Shown here piece after piece: positions 50,097 through 59,389 of a DNA stretch of 64,000 bases (the first letter of the stretch is position 1; every line of letters starts with the position of its first letter). The stretch comes from an uncultured bacterium (GTDB lineage Bacteria > Patescibacteriota > Dojkabacteria > J137): contig OY969472.1 of assembly GCA_963700155.1 (NCBI GenBank), forward strand, positions 1,000,690 through 1,064,689. Reading direction: 5' to 3'. The translations under genes were made by a program, and so were the position numbers. Below the pieces are notes generated by a model, which was not told the DNA's origin, did no database searches, and saw only the letters and a program-made list of their open reading frames with translations.

Positions 50097-50954
50097 TTGG
50101 CTACATCAAAATCATTAACAAAGGAAGAAGTGGTTACTATAAATTTAAAACCATTCTTAGTACCTGCTTCAATTGTACTTTCAAGTATTATAATAGGTCT
50201 TAGCTTAATTATAGGTTTAGGTAATTTAGGATTAAATTTAAAAGGAAGTGTTACTACCTCTAATACAACTGCTGACTCAACGACTGATACTTCAGGAAAT
50301 GTTGCTGGAACAAGTGCTTCAGTAACTCAAGATCAAATAAAAAGCTTATTTAGTAATCCAGCTGCTATAACATTCGGTGATCCAAATAGTAAATTATTAT
50401 TAGTAGAATTCTCAGATACTAGTTGCCCTTATTGTCATGTAGCTGGAGGTGTTGATGGTGCTTTAAATACACAAATAGGTTCTCAATTTACAATGGTTGC
50501 AGATGGAGGAAGTTATGTTGCACCTGTTCCTGAATTCAAAAAGTTAGTTGATCAAGGTAAAGCTGCTTTTGCTTATGTTTATACTACTGGACATGGAAAT
50601 GGGAAACTTGGAAATCAAGCCCTGTTTTGTGCAAATGAAAAAGGAAAATTCTGGGATGCTCATGATTTATTGATGAATAATGATGGTTATAATCTTTTAA
50701 ACGATACAGTTCAAAATGACGTAAATAAAGCAAGTACCCTTGCTGACTTTTTATCTAGTGCTGTTGATAAATCTTTTATGACAGATTGCTTAAAGAGTGG
50801 TAAATATTCTGATCAAATAGCTGCTGGTGATCAATTAGCATCTACATTTGGAGTTAGTGGTACTCCAGGTTTCTTTGTTAACACAACTGAGTTTGCTGGA
50901 GCATATAGTTTTACAGATATGCAGTCTGCTGTTAATTCAGCTTTGGGTTCATAA
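50097..50954 (+). CDS. Secreted DsbA-like thiol:disulfide oxidoreductase
   Basis: It has an N-terminal TM or signal peptide and the thioredoxin CPYC active site (VEFSDTSCPYCHV). Confidence 0.7.
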   Translation: MATSKSLTKEEVVTINLKPFLVPASIVLSSIIIGLSLIIGLGNLGLNLKGSVTTSNTTADSTTDTSGNVAGTSASVTQDQIKSLFSNPAAITFGDPNSKLLLVEFSDTSCPYCHVAGGVDGALNTQIGSQFTMVADGGSYVAPVPEFKKLVDQGKAAFAYVYTTGHGNGKLGNQALFCANEKGKFWDAHDLLMNNDGYNLLNDTVQNDVNKASTLADFLSSAVDKSFMTDCLKSGKYSDQIAAGDQLASTFGVSGTPGFFVNTTEFAGAYSFTDMQSAVNSALGS

Positions 50955-50976
50955 AATTATTGAAATAAAAGTAATA

Positions 50977-51005
50977 AAAGGGGCTTTCTTCGAAAGCCCC
51001 TTTTA
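50977..51005. terminator. Bidirectional rho-independent terminator between convergent genes
   Basis: AAAAGGGGCTTTC-ttcg-GAAAGCCCCTTTT is a GC stem flanked by an A-run and a T-run. Confidence 0.65.
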
Positions 51006-51021
51006 TTTAACTCTTTGTTAA

Positions 51022-51684
51022 TTAGTTTTTTACTTCTACACCTCCAAGTACAGAACTACCTTTAATAGTTAGCAATGGTTTAGTTGTGTCTTGTGAACTT
51101 TTGAAATTATTCTCCCACGCTCCTAAAGCCCCTTCACTCTTCACTTCAATTCTCATACTTTCAGGAACATATATTTCACCTCCTCCAAGTACTGAACCTA
51201 TAACTAAAACTGCTCCTCCTGATGCAATTTCTGCATCTCTTAAATCTAATTTGAAACCACCAAGAAAAGCATCAATTTTACCACCTCTGAAATTTTTTGA
51301 AGTAATATTCCAATCTGCTCCCCAAAGTGTAACACTTTCATTGATTGTATCTGATGAAACAGTAGAACCTTTCATCCAATGTTTTTCTGTCGGTTTAAAT
51401 AAAATTGAAAGACCTATAAAAATAATTATCAAAGGCCAACAAACTGCAAAAATATTTACACCTGTAAACTCACTTATAAAAAAAGTAACTCCTATTCCTG
51501 TCAATAGCAATCCTGCAAAAATATTACTTCTTAGAAGTAAATATATGCCTATTAATATAAGTATAAAAGGCCAAAAACTAAGAATGCTGAACCCCAAATT
51601 TATACCTAACTGGTCAACAAAAAAACCAACCCCGAGGGCCACGAAGATAAGGCCAATAATTATCGAGGAACTGCGGTTTCTCAT
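51022..51684 (-). CDS. Membrane protein with LiaF-like/toast-rack C-terminal domain
   Basis: It has N-terminal TM helices and a C-terminal G-rich beta domain (GGGEIYVPE...LGGVEVKN). Confidence 0.4.
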   Translation of the reverse strand: MRNRSSSIIIGLIFVALGVGFFVDQLGINLGFSILSFWPFILILIGIYLLLRSNIFAGLLLTGIGVTFFISEFTGVNIFAVCWPLIIIFIGLSILFKPTEKHWMKGSTVSSDTINESVTLWGADWNITSKNFRGGKIDAFLGGFKLDLRDAEIASGGAVLVIGSVLGGGEIYVPESMRIEVKSEGALGAWENNFKSSQDTTKPLLTIKGSSVLGGVEVKN

Positions 51685-51813
51685 AAGATAAAAAGTTAAT
51701 AATTAAGATATATCAATACATTGAGTATATTCTATCAAAAAATAGATGTAAATATAGTGATTGATTTTGTTTATAGATATCATTAAACTGGATTAGTTAA
51801 GAATTAGATAAAT

Positions 51814-53889
51814 ATGAAACCCTTAAGGATTACAATCCTTTTTATTATTATACTTTCATTAAGTATATTTCTTGCAGCTCCATTTTTTAGAATCTCGGCA
51901 AATGTAGTATCTGGTAAATATCTAATTAAAGTTGACAATAATTTTGATTTAAATAGCATCCAATATAATGAAATTAATAACCCAAAAAATTCAAATGGTA
52001 AATGGCTTGAACTTAATATAAAAAATGGAGCTGATTTGGAAGCTTTAAGAAATAATTCACATGTTCTTAATATTCAAAAAGAGGTTAAATATCAGACTAC
52101 CGATAATCCTGACGATCCTTATTATAATGAATTTGGTGGTGTACCTCCATTTACTGATAAATATGATCAGTGGAACTTAAGAGTAATAGGTCTTAATCCT
52201 ACTTCAGGAACATCAGGCTGGAATAATTCAACAGGAGATAATGGGACAATAGTTGCAGTAATAGATACTGGAATCGACCTTGGGAATGAAGATCTTCAGA
52301 ATAATTTATGGACTAACCTTGGTGAAACTCCTGGGAATAGTATTGATGATGATGGAAATGGTTATGTTGATGATGTTAATGGTTGGAATTTTGTTTCAAA
52401 TAGTAATGATATTCAGGATGTAGTAGTTTCTGGGAATGGTAAAGGACATGGAAGTCATGTTTCAGGAATTATTGCTGCTGATAGTAATAATTTAAAAGGT
52501 GTAGCAGGTGTTTGCTGGAATTGTAAATTAATGATATTAAATGTTTTTGATACGAATTCAACAACAAATGATGCAATAGTCTATAACGCTATCATTTATG
52601 CTGTAGACAATGGAGCAAAAGTTATTAATATGAGTATTGAAGGAGGTGGGTATTCCCAAAACATGCAAGATGCTGTTGATTATGCGTGGAGTCATGGAGT
52701 ACTTGTAGTAGTTGCTGCTGGTAATGATGGAGATGATGCATCGTATTATTCGCCTGCAGGTTTGAGTCATGTTATAACCGTCGGGGCTTCAGATCAGAAT
52801 GATACTTCAATTGCTTATGATCCAATCACATGCAATTCTCTAGTTTGTTTTTCAAATTATGGTCAAAAGTTAGATTTGATTGCTCCAGGATATAATATTT
52901 TATCTACGTGGCTTCATACTTTACCAAATACAAGTTGTGTTGGTGATACTAATTATTTTTGTTTAAGTGGAACTTCTATGTCAACACCACATGTAGCTGG
53001 GGTTGCAGCATTAATTTACGATCTACATCCGGGTTGGGATAATCTTGATGTAAGAAATGCATTGTTAAAAGAAGCTGATGATAAAGGTGCAGCTGGTTTC
53101 GATTCATTAGATGGTTTTGGAAGAGTTAATGCATATAATTCTTTAGAAAATGGTACTTCTGTATCAGGAATTACTTCCCCAACAGTTACATTAAATACTC
53201 CTGCAAATTTATATTTTAGTGATAATATAACACTCAATGGCACGGTAAATGCTGATGATTTATATATTTATAATTTGAAGTTTGAAAATTCAGGAAATAC
53301 TGTTTATCTCTATAGTGGACGAGGAAGTACAGACAATTCGGAATTAATAAATCAAGATGTGGGATTATCAGAAGGTGACTATGATGTAACTTTGTCTGCA
53401 GAAGATTTTAATGGAGCTGTAAGTTCGACTACTCCACTTACTATTCATGTTGATTTGACCCCTCCATCAAGTTTTACTATAGGAGCTCAAACAAGTAATA
53501 CATCTGTAACCTTAACTTTTTCGACAACAGATTCTTTGTCAGGAATATCTCATTATGAAGTATCTATGGATAGTGGTACATATCATACAAAGACGTCACC
53601 GTATATTGTTACAAACCTAAGTGATGGTTCTCACACAGCACATGTTAAAGCGTACGATAATGCAGGTAATGTTAAACAGGTAGATAAAACATTTACAATA
53701 ACATCAGAAAATTATATTTTAGAATCGAGCGGAGATTTTAATCATGATGACGATGTAGATTTGTCCGACTTAAGTATACTTGCCTCAAATTGGAACAAAA
53801 ACAGTAATAATGGAGATGCTAACCATGATGGTATTGTTGACTTATCTGATTTGAGTATTTTAGCTTTAAATTGGAATAAAACATTATAG
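51814..53889 (+). CDS. Subtilisin-like serine protease (S8) with Ig-like modules and two C-terminal dockerin-like repeats
   Basis: It has a signal peptide and the catalytic triad contexts VAVIDTGID, HGSHVSGIIA and GTSMSTPHVAG. The C-terminal repeats are DFNHDDDVDLSDLSILASNWN and DANHDGIVDLSDLSILALNWN. Confidence 0.85.
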   Translation: MKPLRITILFIIILSLSIFLAAPFFRISANVVSGKYLIKVDNNFDLNSIQYNEINNPKNSNGKWLELNIKNGADLEALRNNSHVLNIQKEVKYQTTDNPDDPYYNEFGGVPPFTDKYDQWNLRVIGLNPTSGTSGWNNSTGDNGTIVAVIDTGIDLGNEDLQNNLWTNLGETPGNSIDDDGNGYVDDVNGWNFVSNSNDIQDVVVSGNGKGHGSHVSGIIAADSNNLKGVAGVCWNCKLMILNVFDTNSTTNDAIVYNAIIYAVDNGAKVINMSIEGGGYSQNMQDAVDYAWSHGVLVVVAAGNDGDDASYYSPAGLSHVITVGASDQNDTSIAYDPITCNSLVCFSNYGQKLDLIAPGYNILSTWLHTLPNTSCVGDTNYFCLSGTSMSTPHVAGVAALIYDLHPGWDNLDVRNALLKEADDKGAAGFDSLDGFGRVNAYNSLENGTSVSGITSPTVTLNTPANLYFSDNITLNGTVNADDLYIYNLKFENSGNTVYLYSGRGSTDNSELINQDVGLSEGDYDVTLSAEDFNGAVSSTTPLTIHVDLTPPSSFTIGAQTSNTSVTLTFSTTDSLSGISHYEVSMDSGTYHTKTSPYIVTNLSDGSHTAHVKAYDNAGNVKQVDKTFTITSENYILESSGDFNHDDDVDLSDLSILASNWNKNSNNGDANHDGIVDLSDLSILALNWNKTL

Positions 53890-53929
53890 AAAAAGTTTCC
53901 TGTTTTAATTTAATTTTAAATACTATAAA

Positions 53930-55129
53930 ATGGGATTTATGAAGAAAAAAATATTAATCGTTTTTGTCGTAATTTTAAGTATATTTTTAACATTTCCAAA
54001 GGTTGACGCAGCATCAGTTAGTTTTTATACAACTGGAGGTGGAACTGTATATTACGGAAGTCAATTTAATATAAGTGTTTATGCAAACAGTTCAGATTCA
54101 TATAATGGATTTGAAATAAATGTAGATTACACAAACCTTACTTTTGTTGGAGTTTCTGCAGCATCTGGGTGGACTTGTATTGGTGGACCTTCTAATTCTG
54201 GTAATTCTGTTTATTCCGGAGGTTGTGCATTACTTGGAGGAAGTACAACTGGAAGTAAAAATATTCTTAATTTAACTTTTAGAGCTGTTAGCTATGCAGC
54301 AACAGCAACAATTAATAGCTCAGGTAAAATTACACTAGCTAATGGAAGTGGAACCAAAGTAAGTGGAGGCGGCAATACAGTTACTTATTATATAACTGAA
54401 GCACCGCCGCCTCCACCATCGGTACCAAGTGCAGTTAAAATTACTTCAAAAACTCATCCTTCTCAAAAAGATTGGTATAACAAAAATACAATAGAGTTTT
54501 CATGGAATAAAGAAGATGGTGTTGATGCTTTTAGTTATAGACTAGATCAAAAACCTGGTTTTACACCTGATACAAAAAGTGAAGGAGCTGCTACTACATA
54601 TACAACTGAAAATGTTCAGGATGGTATTAATTATTTTCATGTTAGAGCACATAATGATGTGGGGTGGGGGCCAGCGGTTGATTATACTGTGAAAATTGAT
54701 ATGACTGCTCCTGATCCTTTTGCTATTGCAAAGCTTGATAATGAAAGTGGTGATAAATATGTAATTTATTTTGCAACTAATGACAGCAGCTCTGGTATCG
54801 ATCATTATAACGTTGCGGTTGATGGTGTTGATATGGGGAAACAAGCTAGTGGTTATGAAGTTGATAAGTCTGTAGGTACAGTACAAGTTACGGCTTTTGA
54901 TAAAGCTGGTAATAGTATAAGTGAAAGTTTAGAAATTAATAATATTCCAGTAATAGTTACTAACGCACAAGGTGAAGTTCAAGGGTTTGTTTTTGATTTA
55001 AAATCAGCTTTAATTACTGTTGGAATTTTATTCATTCTTTTAATAATTGGTACTGCTCTTTTTATTTATATAAAGTATAGGAAGAAAAAAAACAATAGAA
55101 AAGCTGAGCAGGCACAAGCTCCTACATAA
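53930..55129 (+). CDS. Membrane-anchored surface protein with N-terminal cohesin-like domain, Pro linker and Ig-like modules
   Basis: It has a signal peptide. GSQFNISVYANSSDSYNGFEINVDYTNLTFVGVS resembles the cohesin core strands. A PPPPPSVPS linker follows, then modules homologous to the C-terminal modules of the S8 protease (T(A/P)PDPF...DS.SGI.HY.V..D). A C-terminal TM helix and a basic tail complete it. Confidence 0.45.
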   Translation: MGFMKKKILIVFVVILSIFLTFPKVDAASVSFYTTGGGTVYYGSQFNISVYANSSDSYNGFEINVDYTNLTFVGVSAASGWTCIGGPSNSGNSVYSGGCALLGGSTTGSKNILNLTFRAVSYAATATINSSGKITLANGSGTKVSGGGNTVTYYITEAPPPPPSVPSAVKITSKTHPSQKDWYNKNTIEFSWNKEDGVDAFSYRLDQKPGFTPDTKSEGAATTYTTENVQDGINYFHVRAHNDVGWGPAVDYTVKIDMTAPDPFAIAKLDNESGDKYVIYFATNDSSSGIDHYNVAVDGVDMGKQASGYEVDKSVGTVQVTAFDKAGNSISESLEINNIPVIVTNAQGEVQGFVFDLKSALITVGILFILLIIGTALFIYIKYRKKKNNRKAEQAQAPT

Positions 55130-55820
55130 TTATCTTATTGAGTTCATTTAGATTTAAAATCTTTAATCGACCATATCTTGTTTGAATTAAACCTTTAGAT
55201 TTTAACTCTCCTAATTTTCTAGTAGCAGTTTCTCTTGTAGTTCCGGCAAATGATGCAATTAATTCATGTGATATATTTAAATTGAAATCAATAGTATTTT
55301 CCCTCTTATCTCCTAAATTTTCTGCAAGACTTACTAATGTAGATATAATACGGTATGAACAATCGTGATAGATTAATTGTTTTGCTTTATTAATAACTCT
55401 ATTTACATTTTGGATATAAAGACTTGAGGCGTTACTTCTGGCATCTGGGTTTAATCTTAAAAAATCACCCATTACCCCTTTAGGTATTATCCTAAGTTCA
55501 GATTCTGTTAAAGTTTCATAAAAACATAGTGCAGTCTCATCTCCCTCAAAGTATGGATTTAATGGTAATAAAGAATTATTTTTAAATATACTAATACTTA
55601 ATTCATTTCCATCAACTGATGTAACAAAACTTCTGATAAATCCTCTCTCTAGAAAGTAAAAATTTTCAGATGTGGAATTGGGAGTTAGTATTATTCTCCG
55701 TGGTGGTAAAACATGGATAGAATGTAAAAGGCAGAAGTTCTTGATTTTTTCAGATGTCTTCACCATTAATATAGTACTAAAAATCTTAGTAATATACTCT
55801 CTTATTGACTGAGTATACAA
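55122..55820 (-). CDS. Crp/Fnr-family transcriptional regulator
   Basis: It has a cNMP-binding beta-barrel and a C-terminal HTH (SHELIASFAGTTRETATRKLGELKSKGLI). Confidence 0.8.
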   Translation of the reverse strand: MYTQSIREYITKIFSTILMVKTSEKIKNFCLLHSIHVLPPRRIILTPNSTSENFYFLERGFIRSFVTSVDGNELSISIFKNNSLLPLNPYFEGDETALCFYETLTESELRIIPKGVMGDFLRLNPDARSNASSLYIQNVNRVINKAKQLIYHDCSYRIISTLVSLAENLGDKRENTIDFNLNISHELIASFAGTTRETATRKLGELKSKGLIQTRYGRLKILNLNELNKIIM

Positions 55821-55865
55821 TATATATATTATTCGTCAAGACTGAACAATGCTATCAGCTATAAG

Positions 55866-55881
55866 TGTGATTATTATCACT
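55866..55881. promoter_or_regulatory. CRP-like palindrome TGTGA-ttatta-TCACT
   Basis: It lies in the divergent intergenic region between the Crp/Fnr gene and the first TasA-like gene, 68 nt upstream of the 55949 start. Confidence 0.45.
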
Positions 55882-55948
55882 GTGTTTAATTTAATATTAT
55901 TCTAAATTTCATCTAAAGTCCAAATATTTTATTTTTTATTTTTTATTT

Positions 55949-56590
55949 ATGACCAGAATACTTTCTGGATTACTATTAGTTACTATGCTAGTAGTTTCAG
56001 TGGGAGGCGCAACTTTAGCACTTTTTAGTGACCAGTCAGATATAAAAGGCTTAACTGTAAGCGCAGGTAATGCAAATATCCAATTGGGTTACACTAATGC
56101 TCCTAATAGTCATGTGTTTTTACCAGGCGATTTAGATTTTGGCGGGTCACCTTTTGAAGGCCCCTTATATCCTGGATATCATGCAGGGGTAGTAACTAAT
56201 TTAGATGCTAAAGATTTGTGGGTTGCAAATGTAAGTGCTGCACCTGTTGCTCTTAATTTATCAATGAAATTGACTACATTACCAACAAATTGGGGTAACC
56301 AATTATCATATGCTATAGAAGTTTTAGTAAAAGATGAAAATAGTGGTTTAAACACTGGCTGGATCACTATGACAAGATGGGATGATGCTTATGTTGATTT
56401 ACCTGGTGGATCACTTGCATCAGGTACTTCTAGAAGGTTCTTTATATTTACTAGAGTTCCATTTCATTATGGAGATAATGATTCTTCCTATGCTGGTGGA
56501 CCTACTTTAGGTTCAGATATAGGAAATGAGATTGCAAATCAGACATTATCTGGTGGAGCATTCACAGTATTAGGTGAACAAGTTCCTTAA
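55949..56590 (+). CDS. TasA/camelysin-like protein with SipW-cognate signal peptide (paralog 1)
   Basis: The N-terminus is ...VGGATLALFSDQSDIKGLTVSAGNANIQL (the GGTxAxFSD..NT..AG motif). The shared C-terminal strand is GNEIANQTLSGGAFTVLG. Confidence 0.65.
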   Translation: MTRILSGLLLVTMLVVSVGGATLALFSDQSDIKGLTVSAGNANIQLGYTNAPNSHVFLPGDLDFGGSPFEGPLYPGYHAGVVTNLDAKDLWVANVSAAPVALNLSMKLTTLPTNWGNQLSYAIEVLVKDENSGLNTGWITMTRWDDAYVDLPGGSLASGTSRRFFIFTRVPFHYGDNDSSYAGGPTLGSDIGNEIANQTLSGGAFTVLGEQVP

Positions 56591-56607
56591 TTCTAAAAAT
56601 AGGTTAA

Positions 56608-56634
56608 AAGGGCTCAAATGGAATTTGAGCCCTT
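56608..56634 (+). terminator. Hairpin terminator (12-bp stem, 3-nt loop)
   Basis: AAGGGCTCAAAT-gga-ATTTGAGCCCTT. Confidence 0.55.
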
Positions 56635-56688
56635 CCTATTTATCTTCGTAAAATTATTCCTTTGCTATATACGTTTATAGAATATAAT

Positions 56689-56704
56689 TGTGATATTTAT
56701 CACA
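56689..56704. promoter_or_regulatory. CRP-like palindrome TGTGA-tattta-TCACA
   Basis: It has perfect half-sites and lies 63 nt upstream of the 56767 start. Confidence 0.5.
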
Positions 56705-56766
56705 TTTAATTATTTCTATATTTTCTAAAATTTAAATATCTCTTTTTTATTTTTTAATTTAATTTT

Positions 56767-57300
56767 ATGAAACGGATTTATGCTGCGTTTATAGTGATTA
56801 TTCTGCTTGCAGTTGGAGTAGGAGCAGCAACTTATGCTCTACTATCTGATACTGCAAAAGTAGATGGTATAACACTTGCTACAGGTAATGCAGATATTCA
56901 AATATCAGATGATAGTTTAAACTTCGTTGAAGATTATCCTGTCTCAGATAGTATAACTGGTTTGGTACCAGGTTATCAAAGTCCTACAATAAATTTCCAT
57001 TTAAAAAATAATGGTACAGTAGACCTTCATGTCACTGTAAGGCTTACTCATGCAGATGATGATTGGGCAGCTTTGAAAGATAATGTATATATTCATGTAA
57101 TATCAGCAGATACTGGTATTGATCATGATTTTACACTAGCACAATGGAATTCAACTGACAGGGATCTTGGTAATTTAAGCGTTGGAAGTACTGCAGAATA
57201 TTCTGTTGATGTTCATGTTCCTTCATCAGTTGGAAATGAGATTGCAAATAAACAAATTAATAATGTTACTTTTATTGTAACTGGAACGCAGATTCTTTAA
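56767..57300 (+). CDS. TasA/camelysin-like protein with SipW-cognate signal peptide (paralog 2)
   Basis: N-terminus VGAATYALLSDTAKVDGITLATGNADIQI. C-terminus VGNEIANKQINNVTFIVTGTQ. Confidence 0.65.
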   Translation: MKRIYAAFIVIILLAVGVGAATYALLSDTAKVDGITLATGNADIQISDDSLNFVEDYPVSDSITGLVPGYQSPTINFHLKNNGTVDLHVTVRLTHADDDWAALKDNVYIHVISADTGIDHDFTLAQWNSTDRDLGNLSVGSTAEYSVDVHVPSSVGNEIANKQINNVTFIVTGTQIL

Positions 57301-57356
57301 GAATTAAGTAGTAAGTAATTTTAATATTTAACTCTTTTATATATTAGTTTAACTTT

Positions 57357-57893
57357 ATGAAGCGAATATATGCTGGTTTTATGATAGTGATTCTGCTTGC
57401 AGCGGGTGTTGGAGCAGCAACTTATGCTTTTTTATTTGATAACGCAACAGTAGAAGGAATTTCTATCTCAACAGGAAATGCTGATATTCAAATATGGGAT
57501 GGTTCTGAATATAAAGACTACTGGTTTGTTGGAGCAGCTTTAAATGGATTGTATCCAGGTGCTAGTGAGATTGTTGATGCTAAATTAAAAAATGCAAGTA
57601 CTTCTGATATACCACTTAAAGTTTCATTACAATTAACAAGTGCTGGTGGTGATTGGGGGGCACTTAAAGATGCAATTAAAATTAAAGTTGCAGACAATAC
57701 TAATACAACAGTATATCTTAACAAGACATTATCTGAACTTAATTCTCAAGCTTGGGACTTTGGTCCTGATATCCCTTTTGGTGGTGATCAAGAATATAAA
57801 ATAACAGTGTATATTCCTGATTCATTTGGAAATGAAATTAAGAATAAGACCATTAATCCTGTTCAATTTGTAATAACAGGTACACAGGATTAA
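57357..57893 (+). CDS. TasA/camelysin-like protein with SipW-cognate signal peptide (paralog 3)
   Basis: N-terminus VGAATYAFLFDNATVEGISISTGNADIQI. C-terminus FGNEIKNKTINPVQFVITGTQ. There is no terminator between paralogs 2 and 3. Confidence 0.6.
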   Translation: MKRIYAGFMIVILLAAGVGAATYAFLFDNATVEGISISTGNADIQIWDGSEYKDYWFVGAALNGLYPGASEIVDAKLKNASTSDIPLKVSLQLTSAGGDWGALKDAIKIKVADNTNTTVYLNKTLSELNSQAWDFGPDIPFGGDQEYKITVYIPDSFGNEIKNKTINPVQFVITGTQD

Positions 57894-57905
57894 TTTTGGT
57901 TATTG

Positions 57906-57934
57906 AAGTGATTGTTTAGGCGCTTAAATTGAAA
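57906..57934 (+). terminator. Hairpin terminator (13-bp stem)
   Basis: AGGCGCTTAAATT-gaa-AATTTAAGCGCCT followed by a T/A-rich run. Confidence 0.55.
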
Positions 57935-58070
57935 ATTTAAGCGCCTTTAATATATTTATATAATTAACATCAATATAAATTTAACAATTTTAGTAATATA
58001 TTCAAATATACATTATATATACAGTAAAAATTAAATTAATATAAAGTAGTTATAAATAAATAGAATTAAT

Positions 58071-58086
58071 TGTGATTTATATCACT
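58071..58086. promoter_or_regulatory. CRP-like palindrome TGTGA-tttata-TCACT
   Basis: It lies 62 nt upstream of the 58148 start, the same spacing as the other sites. Confidence 0.45.
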
Positions 58087-58147
58087 GTTATAATTTCATT
58101 TATGTTTTAAATTAATCGTAAATATTTTATTTCTTATATATTATTTT

Positions 58148-58726
58148 ATGGTAAGAATACTAGCGGGATTTCTCGTAATAGTTTCTTTATTAACAGCTGT
58201 AGGAGGAGCAACATTAGCTGTTTTTAGTGACACAAGCGAAATATTAGGTAATACAATTTCAACAGCACAGGTAGATATTGATGCACACGGTGAGTCAAAT
58301 AATACCACAGCACCAAAACCAATTGATGAAAGTGGCTTGGTTCCAGGTGAATGGACAGATTGGTTTAGAGGTATAGTTTATAATAAAGCAGATAGTACAA
58401 ATGTAAGAGTTTATATGTATTTAAGTAATGTTACAGGAGCTGCATGTAGTAAAACTAATTTAACTGTTAGAACAGGTTTTGCTGGAAGTGATGCAGGAGA
58501 AAGAGCAAACTCAATGTATGATGGTTCAGTCGCAGGTTTGACAGGACCAGGTAATAGAATAGAACTTACAGGTCCAGTATTTCATGCACCTGACTGGCTA
58601 CCATATAATACATCATTAGTAGTACAACAGGCTGCACAATTAGACCCTTCAGCTGGTAACACATACACAAATAAATCTTGTGATTGGTCAGAAGTATTTG
58701 TAGCTGAGACACCTACCTTACCTTAA
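58148..58726 (+). CDS. TasA/camelysin-like protein with SipW-cognate signal peptide (paralog 4, divergent C-terminus)
   Basis: N-terminus VGGATLAVFSDTSEILGNTISTAQVDIDA. The body is divergent. Confidence 0.6.
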   Translation: MVRILAGFLVIVSLLTAVGGATLAVFSDTSEILGNTISTAQVDIDAHGESNNTTAPKPIDESGLVPGEWTDWFRGIVYNKADSTNVRVYMYLSNVTGAACSKTNLTVRTGFAGSDAGERANSMYDGSVAGLTGPGNRIELTGPVFHAPDWLPYNTSLVVQQAAQLDPSAGNTYTNKSCDWSEVFVAETPTLP

Positions 58727-58749
58727 GTTAGGACTTTTTTAGCTTTTAA

Positions 58750-58776
58750 AGTCCCGGCAATTTCATTGCCGGGACT
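58750..58776 (+). terminator. Hairpin (12-bp stem), weak T-tract
   Basis: AGTCCCGGCAAT-ttc-ATTGCCGGGACT. Confidence 0.45.
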
Positions 58777-58818
58777 GTTGGTATTTAATATATCTGTATA
58801 GAATGTTAATATTAGTCA

Positions 58819-59385
58819 ATGAAAAATTCATCACCTTTGAAAGTTGTTTATAAAGTTATTGTTACAATAGTATTAATTCTTTTTGTTGCTTTAGCAACTT
58901 TAACAATACTCTCTTTATTAGAATTTCCAAGACAATTTAGAATCTTTGTTGTCGAAACAGGATCAATGTCTCCAACAATTCCTGCCGGGAGTTTGATTAT
59001 TGATTCTAGTGAGAATACATATAAAGTTGGGGATATTATTACTTTTAATGCTCTTGCCGATTCTGAATCTACAAAAGTTACACCGATAACTCATAGACTT
59101 ACCCAGATTATTCAACAAAATGGTGTTACAGTATATGAAACAAAGGGAGATGCAAACAATGCTCCTGACGGGGAATATCGAGATCCAAATAATGTAATAG
59201 GTAAAGTACAATTTTATTTACCTTATGTTGGAACACTAGTTGGTTTTGCAAAAACACAACTTGGATTCGTTATAGTAATACTGATTCCAACAATATTAAT
59301 TATTTTGAGCGAACTTAATAACATTAAAAAAGAATTTATAAAACTAAAGGAAAAGAAAAGTGAGAAGTTAAATATTAATACGTAA
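58819..59385 (+). CDS. sipW: Signal peptidase I, SipW (archaeal/ER) type
   Basis: It has an N-terminal TM helix, the catalytic Ser context VETGSMSPTIPAGSLII, and a C-terminal TM helix. Its size of about 190 aa is SipW-like. Confidence 0.8.
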   Translation: MKNSSPLKVVYKVIVTIVLILFVALATLTILSLLEFPRQFRIFVVETGSMSPTIPAGSLIIDSSENTYKVGDIITFNALADSESTKVTPITHRLTQIIQQNGVTVYETKGDANNAPDGEYRDPNNVIGKVQFYLPYVGTLVGFAKTQLGFVIVILIPTILIILSELNNIKKEFIKLKEKKSEKLNINT

Positions 59386-59389
59386 CCTT

